From positions 320,001 through 384,000 of the forward strand of contig JBMNLZ010000003.1 of the NCBI GenBank assembly GCA_050953065.1: a DNA stretch of 64,000 nt, written 5' to 3'. A program made the translations under genes and the position numbers. The stretch comes from Bacilli bacterium (GTDB taxonomy: Bacteria > Bacillota_I > Bacilli_A > ML615J-28 > CAG-698). Below, one piece after another: positions 37,708-48,044 of this stretch (positions are counted from its first letter, which is position 1; the number at the start of each line of letters is the position of its first letter). The notes under the pieces were generated by a model that made no database searches, was not told the origin of the DNA, and saw nothing but the letters and a program-made list of their open reading frames with translations.

Positions 37708-39781
37708 TGTTACTACCTCTGTTTATTATTTTAAAATCAATTTCACGTTCTTTTTTACTAGCTTTAGTTACCATTACTTCTACTTTATCACCAATTCTAT
37801 AAACTTTATTTTTTCTTCCTTCTAGCGTCATATTAACAGGATTATATGTATAATAATCATCTGTCATTGAAGAAAAAGAAACAAAACCTTCAATTGTTCT
37901 TTTTACAGTAACAAACATCCCAAAACTAGTAATTGATGAAATAACTCCCATAAACTTTTCACCAATATATTTTTCCATATATTCAGCCTTTAACATATCA
38001 GCTACTTCATATTCTAATTCATCAGCTTCACGTTCTTTTTGACTAGATTGCTTTGCAATCTCTGAAATTTTTTTATTTAAGCCATCTGTTTCTAATACAT
38101 CATGATCTACTAAATATCTTCTAAGTAATCTATGAACAAGCAAATCAGGATATCTTCTAATTGGAGCTGTAAAGTGAGTATAGGTTTCACTTGCCAGTCC
38201 AAAATGACCTAAGTTTTCATGAGAATATCTTGCTTTAGCCATCATTCTTAAAACTAAATTTTTTAAGCCAACATTTTCTTCATCAATTTTTTCTAATAAC
38301 TTTTGAAGTTCTTTAGGATATACTTTATTATTTTTTAATTTAAATGAATATCCTAAATCTCTAACTACACCTGCAAAACTTCTAATTTTTTCATAATTTG
38401 GTTGTTCATGAATTCTATAGATGAATGGTAAGTCCATATGTTTAATGGTTGATGCTACTGTTTCATTAGCAATCAACATAAACTCTTCAATGATTCTTTC
38501 TGAAACACCTCTTTCATCAGGGATTATATCTTCTACTTCTCCTGTTTCATCTAGAATGATTTTAGCTTCATCTAAATCAAAATCAATTGCTCCTCGCCAA
38601 TTTCTCATTTCATTTAGTAATCCAGCTAATTCTTCCATAGAAAATAAATCTTCAGCAATATCTTTATATTTAAAGATTACTTCTCTATATCCATCAAGCA
38701 ATAGATTAATTTCTTCATAAGTTAATCTATGACAAGATTTAATATAGGAAGGAAAAATCTCACTTCTAACAACTTCACCTTTAAAATCTATTTCCATCTC
38801 ACAAGCCATTACTAATTTTAAAGTATCAGGAAGTAGTGAACATAAATCATTACTTAACCTTTCAGGTAACATAGGAATAACTCTATCTACTGGATAAACA
38901 CTAGTCCCTCTTTCTAATGCTTCAAGGTCAGTAAAACTATTTTCTTTAACATAGAAACTAACATCAGCAATATAAACTCCTAATAATTTATTTCCATTAT
39001 CTAAAAATTTTATGCCAATTGCATCATCTAAATCTTTAGCAGTTGCTCCATCGATTGTAAAAATCCTATCACAGCTTGGAGCTTTTCTTTTATCAATTTC
39101 ACTTAAATCAAATTTTAAATTATTAACTTCATTTAAAACACTCTCATCAAAGCTTAAATTAAAATTATATTTTAAAGCAAGCGTAGTTATCTCTATTCCA
39201 ATATCATCTTTTTTACCATAAATATCTATAACATTAACAATTAACTTATCTTTATAATATTCAATAACTTCAGCTTTAACAAAATCTTTTTCTTTGGCAT
39301 TCTTAACATCTTTTACTTCAACTAAAATATTAGAATTAGAATCTATAAAATAACGGTTACTTATTTTATATAATTCTCCATAAACATATTTAGTGCTTCT
39401 TTTAATAATCTTTAAAACTCTTGCTTCATCTTTATTAATTTTATGATTATATTCAACTTTGACTAAAATTATATCTTTATCTAAAGCACCATTAATATCA
39501 TCACTTGCAATATAAACATCCTTTACTAATTCATCACTCTTAAAAAAACCATAGCCTTGTTTTTTTAAATTTAACTCTCCGATATACATATTAAATCTTG
39601 AAAGAAGATTATATCTATTCTTGACAACTGCAATAATGTTTTCTTCAACTAAACTATCTAGATCATCCCTTAACTGATCTTTTTCTTTAGAATTAGTTAA
39701 ATTAAAAAACAAAACAAATTCATCAAATGTTTTAGCTTTATAATCTATTTCTTTAATTATCTCTAAAATTCTTTCTTTCAT
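37664..39781 (-). CDS. rnr: Ribonuclease R
   Basis: TIDGATAKDLDDA, YTHFTAPIRRYPDL, C-terminal S1; secG-rnr-smpB synteny. Confidence 0.96.
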   Translation of the reverse strand: MKERILEIIKEIDYKAKTFDEFVLFFNLTNSKEKDQLRDDLDSLVEENIIAVVKNRYNLLSRFNMYIGELNLKKQGYGFFKSDELVKDVYIASDDINGALDKDIILVKVEYNHKINKDEARVLKIIKRSTKYVYGELYKISNRYFIDSNSNILVEVKDVKNAKEKDFVKAEVIEYYKDKLIVNVIDIYGKKDDIGIEITTLALKYNFNLSFDESVLNEVNNLKFDLSEIDKRKAPSCDRIFTIDGATAKDLDDAIGIKFLDNGNKLLGVYIADVSFYVKENSFTDLEALERGTSVYPVDRVIPMLPERLSNDLCSLLPDTLKLVMACEMEIDFKGEVVRSEIFPSYIKSCHRLTYEEINLLLDGYREVIFKYKDIAEDLFSMEELAGLLNEMRNWRGAIDFDLDEAKIILDETGEVEDIIPDERGVSERIIEEFMLIANETVASTIKHMDLPFIYRIHEQPNYEKIRSFAGVVRDLGYSFKLKNNKVYPKELQKLLEKIDEENVGLKNLVLRMMAKARYSHENLGHFGLASETYTHFTAPIRRYPDLLVHRLLRRYLVDHDVLETDGLNKKISEIAKQSSQKEREADELEYEVADMLKAEYMEKYIGEKFMGVISSITSFGMFVTVKRTIEGFVSFSSMTDDYYTYNPVNMTLEGRKNKVYRIGDKVEVMVTKASKKEREIDFKIINRGSNNGNKKYRQKQKSKS

Positions 39782-39853
39782 TTAAAATTACTCTTTTCTT
39801 TAAATTTTTTAAAAAGAAAAAGGCCTTTTTATCAAGGCCTATTTTTCTATTTT

Positions 39854-40090
39854 TTATCCTAAGCGGTCAATAAAGAAAGAAGCAATAATCGCAAGGATAA
39901 AGAAAGTAACAGAAAGGATTCCAGTAATTCTGCTAATCCAAAGTTCAGCTCCACGTTCTTTACGATTTGCAAACAAATCAGATTTTTCTCCAGAAAAAGC
40001 TGATGATGCATCTTCTTTAGACTCTTGTAATACTATAATAGTAATTAATAAGCATGATACGATTAATAATAAAATATCAATAAAAGTCAT
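39854..40090 (-). CDS. secG: Preprotein translocase subunit SecG
   Basis: Two TM helices, VLQESK...AFSG...KERG. Confidence 0.93.
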   Translation of the reverse strand: MTFIDILLLIVSCLLITIIVLQESKEDASSAFSGEKSDLFANRKERGAELWISRITGILSVTFFILAIIASFFIDRLG

Positions 40091-40336
40091 TTGGTTCCTC
40101 CAACTAATTTTTAGTAAGATAACTATATTTTTTAACTAGCATTGTTATTATAACACAAAGACATTTACAAAATCAACCCTTAAATTATAAATTTATTATT
40201 CTGTTTGCAACGATTAAGTTGTTGATTGTTTCATTTTACAACGATTAGAGTTTATATCGTTGCATTATAAACAATTTCCTTTTTAAAATTAATAAAGAGA
40301 AAAAATACATTTTTATATTTTTTCTCTTTTATTTTT

Positions 40337-42655
40337 CTAAATAAAAACATTCTTTACGATATCATCTAATGTTTCTGCATACTCAATATTTAATTGATTT
40401 CTAACAGCTTCAGGTATATCTTCTACATCTTTTACATTTGCTTTAGGAATAATAATTGTTTTTAATCCACTTCTTTGAGCCGCAATTGATTTTTCTCTAA
40501 TTCCACCAATTGGTAGAACTCTTCCTCTTAAAGTAATCTCGCCAGTCATTCCAACTGAATGATCTACCTTACGATTTGAAAAAGCTGAAATTATCGCAGT
40601 AGCAATTGTTACCCCTGCAGATGGTCCATCTTTTGGTACAGCACCTTCTGGTACGTGAATGTGAATATCATTTTCTTTAAACATCACTGGGTCTATTCCA
40701 TATTTAGAAGCATTACTCTTAACATAACTTAAAGCTGCTTGAGCAGACTCTTTCATAACGTCTCCTAGTTTTCCTGTTAAAACTAACTTTCCTTCACCTT
40801 TATAATAAGTAACCTCTATTGATAAAGTATCTCCACCAAATTGTGTATAAGCAAGACCTGTAACAACTCCAACTTGATTATCCTTATCAACTTTATTAAA
40901 TTGATATTTTGCTTTACCAAGCCAAGATTCTAAATTATCACCAGTAACTGCAATTACAGTATCTTTACCCATAAGAATATTTTTAATACTTCTTCTTACT
41001 AAAGTACCAATATTTCTTTCTAATTCACGAACACCTGCTTCTTTAGTATAATTTCTTATAATATCTAAAATAGCATCATCTGTTATAGAGAAAGCTTCTT
41101 TTTCTAAGCCATGTAATTCTAGTTGTTTTTGAACTAAATGTCTTTTAGCAATTTCTAGCTTTTCATATTCAGTATAACTACTTAACTCAACAATCTCAAG
41201 CCTATCTCTTAGAGGTGCAGGAATATTTTCTAAATAGTTAGCAGTAGCAATAAAGAAGACTTTTGATAGATCATATGGTTCTTCTAAATAGTGATCACTA
41301 AAAAATTTATTTTGTTCACTATCTAAAACTTCTAACAGTGCACTAGTTGGATCTCCTTTATAATCACTTGATAATTTATCAATTTCATCAAGTAAGAAAA
41401 CAGGATTTATTACACCAGCTCTTTTCATACCTTGTAAGATTCTACCAGGAAGTGCCCCAAGATAGGTTCTTCTGTGTCCTCTTATTTCACTTTCATCTTT
41501 TACTCCACCTAAAGATTGCTTAACAAATTTTTTATTTAAGCTTGCAGCAATACTTCTTGCAAGAGAAGTCTTACCAACTCCAGGAGGTCCTACAAAGCAA
41601 AGAATTGCTTGTGGATTTTTAGAAGTCATAATTCCAACAGCTAAATACTCTAAAATTCTATCTTTAACTTTTTCTAAACCATAATGGTCTTTATCAAGTT
41701 GTGCTTTTGCTGCATTAATATCTTTAGTATCTTTTGAGGCTTCAGTCCAAGGAAGACTAATAATAAAATCTAGATAAGTTCTAATGATAGAACTTTCTCC
41801 ACTTGAAACACCTAAAGAAGAATATCTATTTAATTCAAGCAAAGCTTTTTCTTCAATTTCTTTAGGCATTTTTTTATCAAGAATTTTTCTTTTCAATTCT
41901 TCAATATCAGTTTCTTTTCTTACCTTATCACCTAATTCATCTTGAATTACTTTCATTTTTTCTCTTAAATAATATTCTCTTTGAGAATCATTAATTACTT
42001 TTCTAACTTGACTTTCAATATCAGATTCTAACCCAGCAAGATATTTTTCTCTTTCAATATCTTCAAGCATCATTTTAAGACGCTCTAAAACATTTGGATT
42101 ATTAAGATATTTAATTTTATTTAAAACATCCATTGGTAAACTATAAGCTAGTAAATCAGTTAACTTATCAGCACTAACTCCTTTAAATACTGCATCAGCT
42201 AGTTCAGGAGATCCCGCAAAAATCTTTTGAGCTTTTTCATCTAATTGTTTTACTAAAACTCTAACACTTGCAAGTTCTTCATCTCTATCACCATATACAG
42301 CAGGTAGTGTTACAAAATTAACTAAACCAAAAGGAGAGCCATCGATAAATTCTAAAATTTCACATCTAACTAAACCATTAATTTTAACCTTATGAACAGC
42401 ACCCGATTCTAAATCATACATGATTTTACCAACTATGCCAATTGGATTCACATCTTCTATTTTAGGATTTTCTAAAGAGATATCTTTTTGAACCAAAACA
42501 ACAATATATTTCTTTTCTTTCATAGCTGCTTGAATTGCTTTAATGCTAGCTTTTCTACCAACATCTAATTTAATTTCATTGTTAGGAAGTGGTACAATCC
42601 CACGAACTACCATTGCCGGCAAAATCCCTTGGGCTTTTATTTCATTTGAATACAT
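40337..42655 (-). CDS. lon: Lon protease
   Basis: GPPGVGKTS, RGHRRTY, PKDGPSAG. Confidence 0.98.
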   Translation of the reverse strand: MYSNEIKAQGILPAMVVRGIVPLPNNEIKLDVGRKASIKAIQAAMKEKKYIVVLVQKDISLENPKIEDVNPIGIVGKIMYDLESGAVHKVKINGLVRCEILEFIDGSPFGLVNFVTLPAVYGDRDEELASVRVLVKQLDEKAQKIFAGSPELADAVFKGVSADKLTDLLAYSLPMDVLNKIKYLNNPNVLERLKMMLEDIEREKYLAGLESDIESQVRKVINDSQREYYLREKMKVIQDELGDKVRKETDIEELKRKILDKKMPKEIEEKALLELNRYSSLGVSSGESSIIRTYLDFIISLPWTEASKDTKDINAAKAQLDKDHYGLEKVKDRILEYLAVGIMTSKNPQAILCFVGPPGVGKTSLARSIAASLNKKFVKQSLGGVKDESEIRGHRRTYLGALPGRILQGMKRAGVINPVFLLDEIDKLSSDYKGDPTSALLEVLDSEQNKFFSDHYLEEPYDLSKVFFIATANYLENIPAPLRDRLEIVELSSYTEYEKLEIAKRHLVQKQLELHGLEKEAFSITDDAILDIIRNYTKEAGVRELERNIGTLVRRSIKNILMGKDTVIAVTGDNLESWLGKAKYQFNKVDKDNQVGVVTGLAYTQFGGDTLSIEVTYYKGEGKLVLTGKLGDVMKESAQAALSYVKSNASKYGIDPVMFKENDIHIHVPEGAVPKDGPSAGVTIATAIISAFSNRKVDHSVGMTGEITLRGRVLPIGGIREKSIAAQRSGLKTIIIPKANVKDVEDIPEAVRNQLNIEYAETLDDIVKNVFI

Positions 42656-42682
42656 AATTTGTTTCTCCTTTCTTTTTTTTAT

Positions 42683-43795
42683 TTATACTACAATTAAAGA
42701 ATCTTCTAAAAATTCATAAACTAAAATTTTAATCGCTTGAGAATAAGCTATTACATTCGCATCATCTAAAGCCTTTGTTATACCATATTTTAAAAGATAT
42801 AATTCTTTAATTTTTTTAACCTTTTCATCAATTTTAAAATGAATTGCATTATTACTACTCATTGCATAAGCACATAGTCTTTGTTCTGTTAGACTTGTTA
42901 ATAATTCATATCTTGAATTATTATTAACCTTAACAATTGGTTGACCAAAAGTTCTATATTTAGGAGTCTTACTTAACTCATCATAATGATTCAAAGTATA
43001 ATTATCCCAAACTATAATTTTTTTAGCCAAAATCATATCAATTAAAATTTTAATAGTATTATTAACATCTAAATAGAATTGCTCTGCTTCTTTTATATTT
43101 TTAATAAAACTATACGCTGATTTTGCTCCCCAAGGATCAATTAGGCTGGCAATTTTATCATCTAATTCTAGCAGTTTTCTTTTTCTAATACTAGTAATTT
43201 TAAATTTTTGTTTTTGATATTCTATTTCATCACCAACTTTTTTACCTAAAAAAGTTTGATATAAATCTATATTATATTCATTTGGATAAATTACTTCTTC
43301 TAGGATATGTGATGATTCTAACTTTTCAAATCCTACTTCACATTCTTCTTTTACAATATCAGTTTTAATTAATTGATAATAACCTTTTTGCATCATAATT
43401 AAATCAATGATTTCTTTTATTTCATCTTCTGTTAATTTAGGTAGTTTTGCTTTTTCTATTTTTAAAGCAGACTTTAATAAATCAAAAGACTCATCATAAA
43501 TACAATAAGTGACACTTACAATTAAAGGTTTATCTCTTTTTATAACACTTAAGATATTATAAATCCTTTCAGACATAATAATAATATCTTCTTCGATTAA
43601 ACCTTCTTCAATTATTTCAATAACTTTTTCATAAAACTTTTCTTTAAAAAAAGTATCATCACTATGAAATTTTGCTAAAGAGTTTTTATTTAAACTACTT
43701 TCAATTTCAACAAAAATTTCTTCTGTTTCACTTTTATCAAAAGTGACATAGATTTGTTGGTATTGTTCACTTAAATTATTAAAAGTACATTTCAT
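42683..43795 (-). CDS. Divergent trigger-factor-like protein
   Basis: Collinear similarity to neighbouring Tig (LTEDEIKEII, FLGKKVGDE, FKITSIRKRKLLELDD); no GFRxGxxP. Confidence 0.7.
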   Translation of the reverse strand: MKCTFNNLSEQYQQIYVTFDKSETEEIFVEIESSLNKNSLAKFHSDDTFFKEKFYEKVIEIIEEGLIEEDIIIMSERIYNILSVIKRDKPLIVSVTYCIYDESFDLLKSALKIEKAKLPKLTEDEIKEIIDLIMMQKGYYQLIKTDIVKEECEVGFEKLESSHILEEVIYPNEYNIDLYQTFLGKKVGDEIEYQKQKFKITSIRKRKLLELDDKIASLIDPWGAKSAYSFIKNIKEAEQFYLDVNNTIKILIDMILAKKIIVWDNYTLNHYDELSKTPKYRTFGQPIVKVNNNSRYELLTSLTEQRLCAYAMSSNNAIHFKIDEKVKKIKELYLLKYGITKALDDANVIAYSQAIKILVYEFLEDSLIVV

Positions 43796-43827
43796 TTAAT
43801 TCACCCTTACTAAAAACTCTTTTCTCC

Positions 43828-45066
43828 TTAAGCCATTTTTGCTTTTTTCTTAACACATTTTGGAAAAGCTTTTTTAGTAACAACATCTTTTGTTATAATA
43901 CATTTTTTTAAATCATGTTCATCTGGGACTCTAAACATTACATCTAACATAATGTTTTCAATAATTGATCTTAAGCCTCTTGCTCCTGTTTTTTGTTCAT
44001 ATGCAAGTTCTGCAATACTTCTTATAGCATCACTTTCAAACTCTAAATCAATTCCATCCATATGAAGCATTTTTTGATATTGCTTGATAATCGCATTTTT
44101 TGGTTCTAATAAAATCTTAATTAAATCATCAATTTCTAAATTTTCTAAAACACCAATGATAGGTAAGCGTCCAACAAGTTCTGGAATCATTCCATATCGT
44201 TGAACATCTTGATGATTTACCAAGCGATACATTTCTTTTTCAGTAATTTTATTTATACTTTCAGTTCCAAAACCAATTTTCTTTTTTCCAATTCTATCAG
44301 CTACAACATTAGTAATTCCTTCAAACGATCCACCACAAATAAAAAGCACATTTGTTGTATCAAAAGCAATAAACTCTTGATGTGGATGCTTTCTTCCTCC
44401 ACCTGGAGGCACGTTTGCAACTGTACCTTCTAAAATCTTTAATAAAGCTTGTTGAACTCCTTCTCCTGAGACATCTCTTGTAATAGATGGATTATCACTT
44501 TTTCTAGCAAGTTTATCCATTTCATCAATATAGACTATTCCTTTTTGAGCTTCTTCAACATTATAATCAGCAGCTTGTAAAAGTCTTAATAAGACATTTT
44601 CAACATCTTCTCCAACATAACCTGCTTGCGTTAGGCTTGTAGCATCAGCAATAGCAAAAGGTACATTTAAAATATTAGCTAATGTTTTAGCAATTAAAGT
44701 TTTACCACTGCCTGTTGGACCTAATAATAAAACATTGCTTTTTTCAATTTCAACATCACTACTTTGAAATAAATTATTTTGAATTCTTTTATAATGATTA
44801 TAAGCCGCAACTGAAATTATTTTTTTAACATTTTCTTGGCCAACTATATATTTACTTAGTTCATCATAAATCTCCTTAGGAGTATAATCTCCATAAGGAG
44901 TTTTAATTTCTTCCAAAGCATTTTTTGAATCTTTAATCATTTCATAGCAAGCTTCAATACAACTCTCACAAATATAACTATTTTCGCCTTCTACTACTTG
45001 AGTATCCTCATCTAGTGGTTGTCTACAAAAAGAACAAAGTTTAAGTTTCTTAAAATCACTTTTCAT
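43828..45066 (-). CDS. clpX: ATP-dependent Clp protease ATP-binding subunit ClpX
   Basis: CSFC..C..C zinc domain, [23 protein letters not shown] loop. Confidence 0.98.
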   Translation of the reverse strand: MKSDFKKLKLCSFCRQPLDEDTQVVEGENSYICESCIEACYEMIKDSKNALEEIKTPYGDYTPKEIYDELSKYIVGQENVKKIISVAAYNHYKRIQNNLFQSSDVEIEKSNVLLLGPTGSGKTLIAKTLANILNVPFAIADATSLTQAGYVGEDVENVLLRLLQAADYNVEEAQKGIVYIDEMDKLARKSDNPSITRDVSGEGVQQALLKILEGTVANVPPGGGRKHPHQEFIAFDTTNVLFICGGSFEGITNVVADRIGKKKIGFGTESINKITEKEMYRLVNHQDVQRYGMIPELVGRLPIIGVLENLEIDDLIKILLEPKNAIIKQYQKMLHMDGIDLEFESDAIRSIAELAYEQKTGARGLRSIIENIMLDVMFRVPDEHDLKKCIITKDVVTKKAFPKCVKKKAKMA

Positions 45067-45107
45067 AAGTTAGCCTCCTTTCTTTAAAAATAATTTTTTA
45101 AAAAAAA

Positions 45108-46400
45108 TTATTTTGCACTATCTTTAATTAAATTAATAGCCTTTCTCATTTTAATATAATGTTTAACATTGTTTTCTTTAATTTCTTGTTTTAAAGTTTT
45201 AACATCTTTTTTATAATGTTCTGATAGACTAGAATATTCTTTTTCTAATTCTTCTTTTGATACATCTAATTTTTCTTCATCAACAATTGCTTGAAGAACT
45301 ATTTTTTCTAAAATTGATTTTTTAGCACCTTCAGTTATTTTTTCTTTATATTGATCAATTGTCATTTGATAGAATTGAAGCATCTTTTCAGCAGTTAAGC
45401 CATATTGTTTGGCTTGAGCTTCAAGTTCAGCAAACATTGTATCTTTTTCTTGTTCAATAAAAGCATTAGGAATATCAACTTTAGCATTCTCACATGCTTT
45501 AGCCATTAATTTATTAACTAAATCATTTTCAGCATTCTTTTCTTTTTCAGCTTTTAATTCTTTCTTTATTGACTCTTTATATTCTTCTACTGTATTAACA
45601 TTATCAATTTCTAAAGTCTTAACAAATTCATCATTTAATTCAGGATATTCTTTTTTCTTAACTTCGTGCACCTTTACTTTAAATGTTGCAGCTTTGCCCT
45701 TTAAGTTTTCTGCTTGATAGTTTTCAGGAAAAACCACATTAACATCTTTTTCTTCATTTGCTTTCATTCCAATCATTTGGTCTTCAAAGCCAGGAATAAA
45801 TTGGCCACTTCCAATTTCTAAACTATAGTTATTGGCTTGTCCGCCTTCAAATGCTACTCCATCAACAAATCCTTCAAAATCAAAAACGGCAGTATCACCT
45901 TTTTCAATAGGTGAGTTTTCAGCTAATTTTAAAACAGCATTTGAACCTAAAACTTTTTTAATTTCATTTTCAATTTCTTCTTCTGTTACTAAAGTTGATA
46001 ACCTTTCAACTTCTAACTCTTTATATTGACCTAAAACAACTTCAGGATAAACTTCTACTTCAGCAGAAAACGTAAAACTATTATTTTCAAGTGGTGTTAC
46101 TAAATCAATAACTGGATCTGAAACCACTAAAATATTATTTTCTTCAACCGCTTTAAAATATGCTTCTTGAATAGTTATATTAATTGCTTCTTGATATAAA
46201 GCACTTTCTCCAAACATTTTTAAGTAAACATCTTTTGGAACCTTACCTTTTCTAAAGCCCTTAACGCTTACATCTTTTGAAACTTTTTCAAAAGCAGGAT
46301 CTAATGCTTTTTCAAAATCTTCTTTTGTAACTGCAATAGTTAATTTTACCTTACAGCCTGATACTTTTTCTAAATTAAAAGTCTTGTTTTTTTCACTCAT
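45108..46400 (-). CDS. tig: Trigger factor
   Basis: GFRKGKVP, FKBP domain FIPGFEDQM, FPENY. Confidence 0.98.
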   Translation of the reverse strand: MSEKNKTFNLEKVSGCKVKLTIAVTKEDFEKALDPAFEKVSKDVSVKGFRKGKVPKDVYLKMFGESALYQEAINITIQEAYFKAVEENNILVVSDPVIDLVTPLENNSFTFSAEVEVYPEVVLGQYKELEVERLSTLVTEEEIENEIKKVLGSNAVLKLAENSPIEKGDTAVFDFEGFVDGVAFEGGQANNYSLEIGSGQFIPGFEDQMIGMKANEEKDVNVVFPENYQAENLKGKAATFKVKVHEVKKKEYPELNDEFVKTLEIDNVNTVEEYKESIKKELKAEKEKNAENDLVNKLMAKACENAKVDIPNAFIEQEKDTMFAELEAQAKQYGLTAEKMLQFYQMTIDQYKEKITEGAKKSILEKIVLQAIVDEEKLDVSKEELEKEYSSLSEHYKKDVKTLKQEIKENNVKHYIKMRKAINLIKDSAK

Positions 46401-46472
46401 GATTGTATTCTCCTTTTTTTACTGTATGTAATTATATCAATTTAAGGCGATTTATGCAAGCAATTTGTATTT

Positions 46473-47072
46473 TTATAAAAAAATATGCCTAGCATATTTT
46501 TCAATTTCAGAAATAACACTTTCATCATAGCCTAATTCATTTATTGAATTAATTAAATCATAAAATCTATATAGCATATACTCCTTATCAATTTTAAACT
46601 CCCCAAGCATTTCTTTAAGCATTGCTTTTTGAAAAACTACTAATAAAAGAGTAATTACTCTTTTTGAATCTTTAATAGATTTAATGTCTGTATAATTAGT
46701 TTTTTCTAAATCATCAAAAAAACATTTATTTTCTGGTAAAGTTAATAAACTGCTTTTCTCAATTAATAAACTACTAAAAAACAAATCTCTCTTTTCAATA
46801 TAACTAGCCAACAATAAACTCAACAAATCATATGATTCATACCCCTTTGTTAATAATAACAAGCCTTTATCAATTACTTCTTTAAAAAGTCTTAAATTAA
46901 AAAAAGATGATAAAACTAAATCATAGATATTTGTTTTTTTATAAAAGTCAAAATCTTCTAATAACTGATTAAAATAAACAATTATTTTTTCATAATTAGA
47001 AGTTTCATATAAAGCATAAATTTTGTTTTCTAATACTATTTTTTCAGTGGGAAATTTAATAATCTTAGACAT
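46473..47072 (-). CDS. Helical-repeat protein, YsoA-like by position
   Basis: KIIKFP N-terminus, helical, directly upstream of tig as ysoA is in Bacillus. Confidence 0.55.
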   Translation of the reverse strand: MSKIIKFPTEKIVLENKIYALYETSNYEKIIVYFNQLLEDFDFYKKTNIYDLVLSSFFNLRLFKEVIDKGLLLLTKGYESYDLLSLLLASYIEKRDLFFSSLLIEKSSLLTLPENKCFFDDLEKTNYTDIKSIKDSKRVITLLLVVFQKAMLKEMLGEFKIDKEYMLYRFYDLINSINELGYDESVISEIEKYARHIFL

Positions 47073-47215
47073 TTTTTCGTTTAAAAACCTTTCAGTTTAA
47101 TCCTTAATTTTTAGTGCTTACTGATATATATTATACATTATTCTTAATCTAATTACAAATAAAATACATAAACAAAACCTTTAAACTTAATTTAAGAATT
47201 TTTTAAGTTTTCTAC

Positions 47216-47244
47216 TTTACAAAGAGCATAAAATTTAGTATAAT
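47216..47244 (+). promoter_or_regulatory. tRNA-Arg promoter
   Basis: TTTACA-17 bp-TATAAT. Confidence 0.75.
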
Positions 47245-47267
47245 ATTAAATGTATTTTGAAAATTTT

Positions 47268-47344
<77 letters not shown>

Positions 47345-47366
47345 ATCTTAATCTCTCTCTTTTTTT

Positions 47367-47399
47367 AGCTACACATAAATTTTTATGTGTAGTTTTTTT
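47367..47399 (+). terminator. Terminator after tRNA-Arg
   Basis: CTACACATAA...TTATGTGTAG + T-run. Confidence 0.8.
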
Positions 47400-47472
47400 A
47401 TTAAATTAATATAGTTTTAATTTTTTTTATGATATAATCTAATAAAGAAAGTTTTTATTAAAAAGGTGGATT

Positions 47473-47988
47473 ATGGCTGATAAACTATTCATCGCAAAAA
47501 CTAAAGCAATTGAAAAAACTTTAGCTTTTTGTTCTCAAATTCTAAAGATGTCACCAATTAAATTAAAGTTCTTAATCTTTGAAGATTCAAGCAATGTTTT
47601 TGCTGCTTTTGATGCTTCAAAAAATAGAATTTTAATTGACTCTGCTTGGGCCAAGGATGCTACAATCATTGAAATAATTGTAGCTGTTGCCCACGAAATG
47701 AGACATGCTTACCAATTAAAACAAATCAATCTTTTAAATAAAAATAAAAAAACAACAGAACCAAAAAATGTTGTTATGGAATGGCATAATGATTTTGAAA
47801 ATTATGTCTTTCCCAAAACTGATTCTTTAGATGCCCAATACATAAAATCATCAATTGAAATAGATGCTTTAGCCTTTTCTTATTACTTTGTTAAAAAACT
47901 TTATAATTATGAAACTGCAATTCCAGAAATTATTAAAGAATCAGTCTTCTTTCAAGTAAAAGTTTTAGAATCTAAAAAATTAATATAA
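47473..47988 (+). CDS. Putative zinc metallopeptidase (HEXXH)
   Basis: VAHEMRHAYQ and downstream IEIDA. Confidence 0.75.
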   Translation: MADKLFIAKTKAIEKTLAFCSQILKMSPIKLKFLIFEDSSNVFAAFDASKNRILIDSAWAKDATIIEIIVAVAHEMRHAYQLKQINLLNKNKKTTEPKNVVMEWHNDFENYVFPKTDSLDAQYIKSSIEIDALAFSYYFVKKLYNYETAIPEIIKESVFFQVKVLESKKLI

Positions 47989-47995
47989 TTAAATT

Positions 47996-48025
47996 AAAAA
48001 CATTTCGTTAAAACGAAATGTTTTT
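47996..48025. terminator. Bidirectional terminator
   Basis: AAAAACATTTCGTT-AA-AACGAAATGTTTTT perfect inverted repeat. Confidence 0.8.
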
Positions 48026-48044
48026 AATATCCTTTTATAAGTCT

